Source: Octopus sinensis
Lineage: Eukaryota
Direction of reading: 5' to 3'
NCBI RefSeq assembly: GCF_006345805.1
Contig: NC_042997.1
Coordinates: forward strand, 59,334,001-59,398,000
DNA: 64,000 nucleotides
Made by a program: the position numbers and the translations under genes. Position 1 is the first letter of the stretch. Each line of letters starts with the position of its first letter. The notes under the pieces were generated by a model. The model worked only from the letters and a program-made list of their open reading frames with translations, ran no database searches and was not told where the DNA came from. This document shows, one piece after another, positions 53,097 to 64,000 of the stretch.

Positions 53097-53501
53097 TAAG
53101 TAACAATATATGCAATAAATTTACGCACACATGCTCATGTGTCTACACGAGAGTGCATGTGTGTATGAGAGAGAAAAGGAGAAAGAAGAACCAAATGATT
53201 CAGTTTTACGTCATCGCTGAAACAAGTGTTTGCATCTGTAGCATCAAATAACTCGATGACGATTTTTATTAAGTGCAGCTGTTAAATAGATTTCCAGTGT
53301 AGAATAAATAAATAAACCAGAAAGCAAACAACAACAACACCAGAACTAAATACGTCAAATGTTTTTGTTTTTCTGTACTTTCAGTTCAGTTTTGTTTTCA
53401 TCTGTAATATTATTCTGCTTGTTAGGACGTTCACGTTTTCGAATGTTAAACCGTAAACAACATTGAGTATGGAACGAAGTATAACACAGAAATAACCGAA
53501 A

Positions 53502-54060
53502 ATTTTATAGGGCGGAAGTCGATTAAATCGACTCCAGTACTTGATCAACACATTATTTTATCAACCCTAGACGGATGAAAGGCAAAGTTAACTTCGACAT
53601 GATTCGAACCCAAATCGTAAAGAACTGAAATAAATAACGCAAGGCATTTTTTACGACACTAACGAAACGTTAAGATCTATAAATTTATTCATTTTTTCAA
53701 CTTGGAAAATTTATGAATTTCTATAGCACCCGGCTCAAGGCGGCGAGCTGGCAGAATCGTTAGTACGCTGGACGAAATTCTCAGCGATATTTCGCCCGTC
53801 GCTACGTTCTGAGTTCAAATTCCGCCGAGGTCGACGAAATAAGTACCAGTTACACACTGAGGTCGATGACATCGACTATCACCCTCACCCAAATTTCAGG
53901 CCTTGTGCCTATAGTAGCAAAGAATCGTTAGCACGTTGGACAAAATGCTTCGCAAGACTTCTTCCGGCCCTTTATATCCAGAGATCAAATTCTACCGAGG
54001 TCGACTTCGCCTTACATCTTTTCGGGGTCGAGGAAATAAGTATCAGTTGCGCATTGATCG
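53502..54060. mobile_element. Three CpG-intact family A SINEs (one reverse, two forward)
   Basis: The copy at 53735 keeps GGCGGCGAGCTGG...TTCGCCCGTCGCTACG. Confidence 0.85.
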
Positions 54061-55693
54061 ATAGAACAAGTACCGGACTTTAAAAAATAATTACTGAAGA
54101 CAGATTTGTTCGAATAACCGTACAAGCCGGTGCTCCAGCATGACCGCAGTCAGATGACTGAAACAAGTAAAAGATTATGTGTCTGTGGGTATAACTGAAC
54201 AGTGCTTTATTGGTTAACAGATTCCTAAGTTATTTGTGAAACTAAACATGCGTAAAATAAAACTGAGCAAACTTGTTATCAAGCTTCATCCGCTAAAACA
54301 CTCCACTGACGTTTCAAATGCCTTTTGACAAAAGCGCGAACATCAAACAGCCTATAAATTTAAGGCTCTTATACTTTTGTGCATCTTCATTGTAAATCTT
54401 ATTTTGAAATGCAATTTTAAAATTGATATAGCTAGGTTAAATTGACACACTAGACTGACTGCGATAGAAGGAAACTAGATTTAAAAGCTCTTTTGAATAC
54501 AATCAATCTTGGCACAGTTTATAAAGTGGTGGGCGATATAACTTCTGTTTCTCATCTTTCTACTTTCAACTCAGCGAATTTCCGTAGGCACAGGTGAGCT
54601 TGTGTAGTTAAGAAGCTTGCATCCGGCCATGTGGTTTTGCGTTCAATCCCACTGTGCAGCACCCTGGACAAGTCTCTTTTACTATAAACCTGGGTTGATT
54701 AAGGCTTCATGAGTAGATTTGATAGGGGGAAACTGAAAGAAATCGATCGTGTGTGTGTGTGTACGTTTTTGTGTTTGTCCCTAATCACCACTTGAGAATC
54801 TGTGCTAATTTGTTTATGTCAGCATAACTTAGCGGTTCGGCAAAATAGACAAACAGGCTTTAAAAAAAAGTATTAAGGGCTCAATTTTTTTTTACTAAAC
54901 TTTTAAGGCGTTGCCCCAGCATGGCTGCAATCCAATGACCGAAATAAGTAAAAGATAAAAGAAAGCCATCCAAATATTAATGACATTTCAACATACAAGC
55001 GCGCGCGTTCATGGCTCTGATCATATAAAAAAAAAAAAAAAGAAAAAAGAAAAGAAAGAGTAATTAAACCAGAGTGTTCAACTTCAGTTTGGTATGTCAT
55101 CTATATTAATCTAGTTTCTAGAGATAACAAGAGCTGATAAAAATTGTATATTTTCAAACTTCACTGCTGAACGGTTCTAGTAAAATACACCAAACTTTAC
55201 ACCAACAATTTGTATGATTTCAGAACTGATCAAACCATTTAACTCTCTACTCTTCAATACAAGGAGAGGTTATTATAACAATAATAACTGGTGATCAATG
55301 AAGCTTCTTTAGTAAGTAATATATTATATAGACACGGCGCGTGGCTTAGTGTTAGGGTGTTTGGTTCACAATTATAAGACCAGAAATTTAATTCCTGGAC
55401 TGGACAGTATTGTTTATCTTTGAGCAAGACACTTTCCATGCTGTCCCAGTCTCGTCAGTCGTAAATAAGTAACAGATTGGATACTGGTGCCAATCTTTTT
55501 CCCTCCTCTTGTCATATTTTAGGCGTTTCCCTGGTTCACAGGTGAGGGGCGAAGCCGGAAGGATGTTTGTGTCTGATTACCAATGTAATTGCAAAAACAT
55601 CCTTCCGGTTATCTTTCGAAAGCACAAAAAGCATTAATTGAAAAATCAGTGTTCGGGATAAGCAACGGTTTAATGACAAAATTAAAATAGTTT

Positions 55694-55724
<31 letters not shown>

Positions 55725-55725
<1 letters not shown>

Positions 55726-56239
55726 CTAGCAGTATCGCCCGGAGTTGCTCGGGTTTGTAAGGGAAATAACTATATAAGCATTTTTAGAGAGTTACTTCCC
55801 TTATAGATGCCAATTCGGGCTTTCTTAGCCATTTTTGTTTTGGTGTCTTCAAGCCATGAAGTCGTTGTTCTAAAAGAACGCTGGTCTCCTTGACAACGCT
55901 TTACGACATTGATTTCCTTACACTCCCTTCCCCACAGCTTCACGAGGGAGGGAAGAAGGGGGAGAAGCAAACAGGTGCAGGTGTGACCATGGACGCCAAC
56001 TCCGCCGCCATCGACACACGAAAAATTATGCATTAAAATGGAATAAAAAATGATGTTAAATTATTTTTAAAATCGTAGACTCATCGTAGACGCGCGATAA
56101 TACTCAGACGGGCTCGATATGAATCACGACTATAAGATACCCGAATTTGGTTAAACTGCACCGCAAAATGTGGGAGTAGTTAGGAATCTAAATCGAAGGG
56201 GACAGACACTCACACAACTACAGTTTTATATATATAGAT
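55725..56239 (+). mobile_element. Young non-autonomous Helentron/HINE-type element, copy 1
   Basis: Starts ACTAGCAGTATCGCCCGGAGTTGCTCGGG (short hairpin), ends ACAGACAC...TTTTATATATATAGAT; near-identical copy at 63496. Confidence 0.7.
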
Positions 56240-58380
56240 ATATGGTCTTGAAGGTATTCTATCAGATGTTTAATTTATTGTCACCAGTTTGTCTACAATC
56301 ATATTTTTTACAATTGCTGAAGATAATAATGGTTAACTGGTGATCAGGCATGTGTCTTCAATTTCTCAGAGCAGAACATTATTTTATCTATGGTGAATCT
56401 GTCGCTCGCATCCTGTCAAACCAAATCCTATCATGCATTAAGATCATTTGCTTAACTAATGTGACTGAATACCAGTCTAACCATAAAATCTCTATATCAC
56501 TTGTAACTAGTGGAACATTGAGCATTATTATGTGTGTCCTGAAGGCATTCTAATTAGACGCTTAATTTACAGTCGTCCAGTTTGCCGACAATAATACTTC
56601 GCTATCTTATCGAAGTGAAGATTTATCTCATCTGCTTAATACAACTGAATCCAAAGTTAAACCATGGCTTTACGAACCCTCGCAGCTCATAGACTACATT
56701 AATAATTATACTTGCATGTGATTGTGTCTAGAGGAAGGCATCTTGAGATAGTAAAACAGCATGCTGTTAAGCGGGTTATTATTACTTTATGCATGAAAGC
56801 AATAATAACAACAACAACAACAATAATAATAATAATGTCTTTGTTAAACAACTAGTTAACCGCTTCTGATATTAGTAGAATTACTAAAATTATCTAAACT
56901 AGATTTAGACTTGGCATGCGAATTTGTGAAACGAAACAGAATCTGTTAGATTTGAAATATTTCTGTAGACTGGTAAGTGGAAAGAGTAAGTGATATATAT
57001 ATATATATATATATATATGAGCTCCAGTAGGTATCTATTTCTGTAGTAATCTTTTTTTCAGAAAGATTTGCTAATTTGAGAGAGAGAGAATATATAAATA
57101 GAAAGGCTATAGGTACAGAAAACCAGAATATACTTGTTAACTTCACTCTTCCTCTCATAGTATTTGGTAACTTTTATTTTTCTATCACGAATACAGAAGC
57201 AGAATTAAAGAAAACAATTCGAGTAAGTAAATGTTGCCGAAATTTTATGAAGTGCATATAAAAAGATGACAACTGACATTTCAATAATTTTTATGCCGAA
57301 ATCTGTTATAAACATTAAATTTGATCTTACATTCTACCTTAATTCAAGAGACTCATAATAAAAAAAAAACCTTAGAGAGGAACACCAGCTTTTTCTGACG
57401 TAAATGAATTGAAGGAGTGTGCATGCCTGTTTTGATTATTTACTAATTTCCTTTTTATTTCCATTTTCTAAATGTTTACTTTTACAAATTAATCTGTAAT
57501 TTAAAGTAAATCCACAAGAAAGAAAAGAAAAAAGAAAAGCAAAGGAAAAAATTACTGCATCGAAATGTATATATAATATCAATTGTGAAAATCGAAATTA
57601 AAATGATTTCAAATGATATTATGAATGCATTATTTCTTGATTCCTACACACGCTCAAGCAACTGGTCTCAGACACTTTTTGTGAAACTCAGGCTAGAGGT
57701 AGGACTGGGGGAGAAAACAAAATAGTGCTGTACGATATATTTTGATAGAAAACCGCTAATAAAAATGTATGGCGCTAAACCTGTATTAACATATTAAAAA
57801 CTTCATTCATTTCCTCTCTCGCTATTACAGATAACTAAATATTATTATTATAAATTTAAATAGATAATAGCGGCGAAGTTTCGGAAAAGAAAACAAGACA
57901 AAAAATAGTTTTCCCCGTTTCTCATTTGTATTTTCTTATTTACTTTGAGTGAGACAACTCAATTGTTGATATATAAAAGCGCATTTTGGTTGAAGGAAGC
58001 GGCAAAATATATTAAAATAGAAAGAAATTAGAAAGATAACTTACAACATTAGAATTATGTTGCCTCATTTCGTTCGTTTTGGTACTTTAGATAATCAGAT
58101 AAAATTAAAGTATTATTTTTCCGCCAGTGTCACCTTTTTTCTTTTTAGTAGGGAGATCCAACAAAAATAACTATCGGTATATTTTCTTTTTCTTCAATAA
58201 AGTGAGACAGCAGAGTGGTTTAGCTGTTAGTAGGAATAAGTTCCTACCGGACAAGGTGACGTTCGACTAACTACTAAAACAAACAGCTATTATATAGCAC
58301 TTTATAATTGAATCCCAAAACAGCTAATTTACTTCAGTGGAATTGCCGTGGTACTTGAAGTATTCAACGCTGTCAGTCAC

Positions 58381-58440
58381 AATAAGCTGAGCCAATAGCT
58401 ATTCAATAATCCACCCACTTTTGTTGACGTCATTACTCTT
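58381..58440. promoter_or_regulatory. CCAAT box + CCACCC + palindromic CRE cluster
   Basis: GCCAATAG 58391-58398, CCACCC 58411-58416, TGACGTCA 58425-58432 in CpG-retaining, apparently unique DNA; function unproven. Confidence 0.35.
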
Positions 58441-58747
58441 AAGGCGTGATCTATGGTTTTTTTTTCATTAATTTCGTCAAGGCTTACGCGAAGAGATGTA
58501 TCAAATTAGATATAATTCAGGAAACTGCCTCCGTCTTTTCTCCCGTAGTTAACGAACGGAACAAGTTATAGGATTCAGTGTCGGTCACAAAGAGGATGTA
58601 TTACTAATAAGCGTTAAACGATCCTATAAAACAGTTCTGATTACTTACACAGGCAGCGATGGAGCTTCTATGCGTTCGCTCGTTGTAATTAGAAATAGCA
58701 GCTAAATAACTTTCACTTACAAACGTTGGAAAAATGTGTTCCTAGGT

Positions 58748-58921
58748 TAGCGTCGTCTTAGGGCATGGGGGCACTGGGCAGTTGCCCAGGGGCCCCACGG
58801 GACTAGAGGTTCACTTTTAATCTATGTATACTGTGGCCTGCTGACAATAAATAAATACTATTAGGGCCCAGTGCATTAATTTACCCGGGGGATGGGGACT
58901 ATAACTCTAATAAGACGGCTA
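58748..58921. mobile_element. Short GC-rich MITE
   Basis: Ends TAGCGTCGTCTTA and TAAGACGGCTA; internal CTGGGCAGTTGCCCAG hairpin. Confidence 0.55.
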
Positions 58922-61499
58922 TGTCCTAGGTTCCCTGCACATGGGATAGTCACAGCTGGAATAACTTTGATCATAATTTGCGCAGTTAGGGATAATTAAT
59001 ATAAGGCTAAACAGCAACAACAATAGCTGAATAGGAAACAAAAAAGTTTTGCCGCACACGTTTTCCTGCTTTCGCAGTAACTGCTGCCGCTACCATCATC
59101 ACAACACCGCTACCGCCACGACAACAATGACTAATTTTTTCTTCCGAATAACAAGATGTTTATCTGTTTGTTAGCGTTGTGATAGGGTTGATTCTTGGTA
59201 TACGATACTAGTCTATTCCCTGCGCCAAACCACCAATAGTATTTATCAATACTATTATCAACCAGCCACGTTACCTACATACTTAGAATGAGGTGGATTT
59301 GACAGTTGAGACTTTGCTGTTTTTATTTAGCCCGGGTCCACCGTTATCGAAAAGACCACTGACACATGGGAAGTCAATCGAACAACTAGTTGCAATTCGC
59401 AGAGTCAAAGATCCTAGTGTACTTCTACCAAACTGAGGACCACACAGTACAAACCGACTTGCAATGGTTGTTGTTTAACCGCTGTCAGCGTTGACCCAGT
59501 ACACCTATGATTAAAAAGTGTTCCAGCCCCGATCATCCCGTGTTTATGTGAGGGACTACAATATCCAAGGTCCCCTTTATTTAAAACAGTAGGATCTGTT
59601 TGAAAGGGCGATTTGGATGTTATTTCTAGCAGGTCGAGCGACCCTTCGTTGGTTTGGGACATGCAGTGGTTTATCCGCACCGAATACAGTACTGTAGTCA
59701 CAGCATGTATTTTCTTCAGTGTCCAAGTTGATCTTAATTCCTCTAGCATTTAAACCGGTCATATCCGGTCAAAATAGTCTGTCCGTTTTATGCTCAAATC
59801 AGCCAAATCTGGCCTCTCACACCAATCCAACAATGTCATTTAAAAATAGTAAATCATTAAAATATCGAAGCTACAAGATAATGCATGATAAATTCAAAAC
59901 GATGTGAATAAATAAGCATTACATTTGATAGAGTAATTTGAATACTAAAGGGTTAAACTATGATCAACCAGGGCGTTCTATTCGTGAACATCCAGCCTTT
60001 TCTAAGGTATGATATTTATCTAGAACTATATCATTCAATGCGTCCTTTTTAAGATGGTAGGGTGTGATTTGAAGAAAAGTTAGCTACTATTTTTAACAAG
60101 TCGAACAATTACATTCACATCAGAGGGCCAACTATTGGATGGTGCGACCATGCAGAGATCTCTTCGTTTGTTCAACGATGTGACCTCTAGGTTTTGTCAC
60201 AGTGTACACAGACAACTTGTGGCCCGCAAGACTTTCTGATGAAAAATTACCTTGGATTTTTTAGTAGTACGACCCGCTAGATAATGAACCATGTCTCATG
60301 CAGCCTGCTTCTTCAAAAGTCGCCAATGCCTCAGGTATACACTGTGCTACCGTACTGAACCTCCTACTACTACAAAATTATCTTTGTCCCCGAGGGGGTA
60401 ATTATTAGATATGGAAACAGATTACGCTTAAATTATATCATGATACGACAAGAACAGAGGCAAATGAATTTCCACGAATACAAACAACTTGGAACGATGC
60501 TCATCCTTCTGTCCTTATTTTTGCCCCTCTCCCATTATCCTGCTATCCACTCAGTATCATATCATAAATACAATTTACAGTGTTATCTCAGAACTGTCAA
60601 CACATAACAGGGGGCAGGAAATAAGGTTCTCGTTATGATTCATAATTTAGTGAGTTTAGGAGGCGAGCCAGCAGAATCGTTAGCACTTAGCGGCATCTCT
60701 TCAAGGCTTTACGTTCTGAGTTCAAATTCCGCCAAGGTTGACTCTGCTTTTCATTCTTTCGGGGTCAATAAAATAAATACCAGTTGAGCACTGGAGTCGA
60801 TGTAATCGACGAGCCTCTTCACCCAAAATTTCAAGCCTCGTGCCTTTAGCAGAAAAGATTATTATTATTAGGTATGATATATTTAGGATTTTATATCCTG
60901 GATACGCACACCTCATTTTCCTTTTTGAAAGGAAAGGGTTTGATCTGAAGGAGACTGGGCCCAGCAATGTCAAGCAAGCACGTAGTGGAGGTTTGTAGTT
61001 GTTTAGCGCAGGATTAACCCTAATCGAGCGTTCACAGGTGATCTAACCGTGGCCGTACAGTTTATTTTTCTCTAAATATAGTGCAGCTAGGTCTACTCTA
61101 TCGAATGTACCACTTTTTATTAAAGACGGTTGGATGTTATGTGAAGAATATTTGGCTGCTGTTTCTTGTGGGTTGAGCGTTCACGTAATGACTCGTCCGC
61201 TGATTCATAGCAAAATAATTATTTTGGATTTATCCCAGACCAGTGTATGGAGCTGATGAGGTAATTGCGTATTTGGTGTATATGTACTTTCTGTATTCGC
61301 TTGAACTGAGTGTGAGGGATAGTGTGCTCTTAGACTGGGGTTCTCTTGGCTGTTGTACATCCAAGAGAACCCCATTCTAAGAACACACTGTTTTGTTATG
61401 GTTGCATCTATAGTGATAGGGACAGTCTGGGTTGAAGCTTGCTGTGGTAACTAACTGTACCTTTCGCATATCCAAATGACCTCTCGTTTTAAGCATATA

Positions 61500-62260
61500 T
61501 GTTTCGTCGCGTAGAAATAGGGAACCCAAACACGAATGGCACAGTATTTCTTAAACATGTTTGAAAGTGCTACGAACGTAGGAGGTCTTGATATTAGAAA
61601 TTACATCATGACCCGTAGATTAGAATAAAGATTTGGCGTTTGTTGATAAACTACTTCGACAGGAATACAGGTCTCCAGAGTGTCAAGATTTTGGGTGTGA
61701 TCTAGAACATTATTAAACACCAACAGTACCTTAAGTTCTACGTGATATCTTTTCACTGCTGGATTACATTACGAAACAAGCGACTGTGTAAAAATTTCAA
61801 TCACCCAAGCTTTCTTATTTGTTTCAAATCACAGGTTGATATATTTTCAATATTCCCTTCCTTTGTTTTGATGCCGCTGAATGACTAACAAACATTGACT
61901 TCAATTTGAGGTCTTTTGTAAGTATTACCAGTGAGAAGATGTATTACATGGTCGTTTCCAGCCTTAAAGCCAGAAACATTTTTTCTTGTCGGGTTGACAT
62001 TCTTGTTAAAAAGAGCTATTTTTTCTGTATGGAATATACATAGGGGAGGATAGTTACTACGCTCGATAATACACTTAAGAACTAGGATAAATTCCTAGGC
62101 TGTCTGCAATTGTAGTTGCGCTGCACCTACGGATACCGTCATTTGGGTGTCTATTTACTAAAGTAAAAACATTCAACCAGCTGTGAATGCTCAATATTCG
62201 TCGACACTTCATATGAACTTTTGGCACTTAGGAGAGGCAGGCCGTTATCCTCTCATGGCG
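61500..62260 (-). pseudogene. Tigger/pogo transposase DDE-domain fossil
   Basis: GFKAGNDHVIHLLTG...KKAWVIEIFT...PAVKRY...KVLLVFNNVLDHTQNL...DVISNIKTSYVRSTFKH, with stops and frameshifts. Confidence 0.8.
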
Positions 62261-62510
62261 AAGAAAAACTTGTTTAAACAATTTGTAGTTATGTAGGAGT
62301 ATGTACGAGTGTGAACCGTAGTTTCTAACAATTTAGCATGCAATTATGATAATGTAATGCTGTCCTTAAAGAGCACTGTAGCGAGTCAGTACTAAACTGG
62401 GCAAGCGCTAAGCTAGCTATTACTGGAAAATATCGTTTGTTTACAAGTGTTGTTTCTTTCTGATGACCAACTGTGGCGCATGTGGTAGTGGTGGTGGTGG
62501 TGTGCGTGTA

Positions 62511-62562
<52 letters not shown>

Positions 62563-63495
62563 TATGTGCATCGTTTAACTGTCTTGATAATCTTGTTCAA
62601 AGTGTACTATGAATGGGGTAAAGATAGTGTATGTAATTCTTAGTATTTTTGTCTGTAGTGTGAGTTTGATATAATTTACGAGCGTGATCGCTGTTGTATC
62701 TCTAGTATTACTGATAAGAAAGGAGAAGGTAGGTTGGGTTGATGCTACTTCGAGTCTGTAGTTTTTTAGAACTAGTTTTCTCTTTGATTGATTTAAATGT
62801 GGATTGGTTATGCGCAAGCTGTAGCGTCATAGTTGAATTAATAATAACCATAAGGTGGTTGAAACATTGCAATGATAGTGGCAAGATTCAAGCCATCCCA
62901 ACCTCACATTTGATTATCTGATATTTCCAACTACACGGCTATTTGTGCTCTTACACCAGTAAATAACACTTGCAATTTCAAAACAACTTCCTTATCAATT
63001 TAAACTGATATTTTTGCACAGAAACAAAGCGCAGGGAACTGAGAGCAGAAGGATTAAGGTTATAATGGCGGCTACAGGTTTTTCAAACGTGCTATACTAT
63101 AATGAAAGCTTCTTTTTAATTAGTTAGGAGTATGTAACTTTTACTAAAAGAAAGCAATCACTAAAGTCTACACCGTTTAGAAAATTCTTTAAAATTCTAA
63201 CTTTAATATATATATTTTTATCAGTAATGTGGTTTTCAAATTTCTTTCGACTACAGAAAACTAATTTTAGTTGACATTGAGATAACGTTCCCTCTTTGTC
63301 TTTTCTCTCTCTCTCCTACACTTCACTGTGTTACTTTCTACAGACATATCAGTAAAAACATTTCTCCAAATTTTAAGTTTAATCCAACATCAAAGTTATG
63401 TTGATTTCAGTATCCTTTCATATTTGTTGGGTGTTTTTGAAGTAATAGAAAACTGAAGAAAAGTGGTTTAGTTTTCTTCCGTTAATTTATATAAA

Positions 63496-64000
63496 ACTAG
63501 CAATATCGCCCGGCGTTGCTCGGGTTTGTAAGGGAAATAACTATATAAGCATTTTTAGAGAGTTACTTCCTTTATAGATGCCAATTCGAGCTTTCTTAGC
63601 CATTTCTGTTTTGGTGTCTTCAAGCCATGAAGTCGTTGTTCTAAAAGAACGCTGGTCTCCTTGACAACGCATTACGACGTTGATTTCCTTAAACTCCCTT
63701 CCCCACAGCTTCACGAGGGAGGGAAGAAGGGGGAGAAGCAAACACAGGTGCAGGTGTTTGAGCGTGGACGCCAACTCCGCCGCCATCGACACACGAAAAA
63801 TTATGCATTAAAATGGAATAAAAAATGATGTTAAATTATTTTTTAAATCGTAGACTCATCGTAGACGCGCGCTAATAGCCAGACGGGCTCGATATTAAAT
63901 CACGACTATAAGATACCCGAATTTGGTTAAACTGCACCGCAAAATGTGGGAGGAGTTAGGAATCTAAATCGTAGGAGACAGACACTCACACAACTACAGT
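63496..64000 (+). mobile_element. Young Helentron/HINE-type element, copy 2 (cut by window end)
   Basis: Near-identical to 55725-56239; gives the duplicated ORFs 55770 and 63541. Confidence 0.7.

Noticed and set aside
55770-56033. Duplicated ORF (also 63541-63792) suggesting a gene pair
   Set aside because: Both lie within copies of the same non-autonomous element.

Overview
AT-rich, microsatellite-dense eukaryotic DNA. The SINE/MITE families and composition point to an octopod (Octopus-like) genome; this is inference, not a database match. The one supportable host gene is a minus-strand R4/RGS3-like regulator of G-protein signalling. Five phase-compatible coding exons were traced by hand (32490-31792, 12774-12650, 11575-11436, 10549-10386, 8748-8575; about 433 aa, N-terminus unresolved). 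The rest is intron or intergenic DNA full of decayed mobile elements: a full-length Tc1 with a SINE inserted in it, a near-complete hAT transposase fossil, Tigger/pogo, RTE and CR1-like LINE, Gypsy gag and Penelope-like fragments, Helentron-type and TTAA MITEs, and dozens of tRNA-derived SINEs. Most ORFs in the track are microsatellite or antisense artefacts. Best second-look items: a CpG mosaic suggesting several promoters, candidate alternative first exons, a minimal hammerhead-ribozyme motif, and several near-perfect hairpins.
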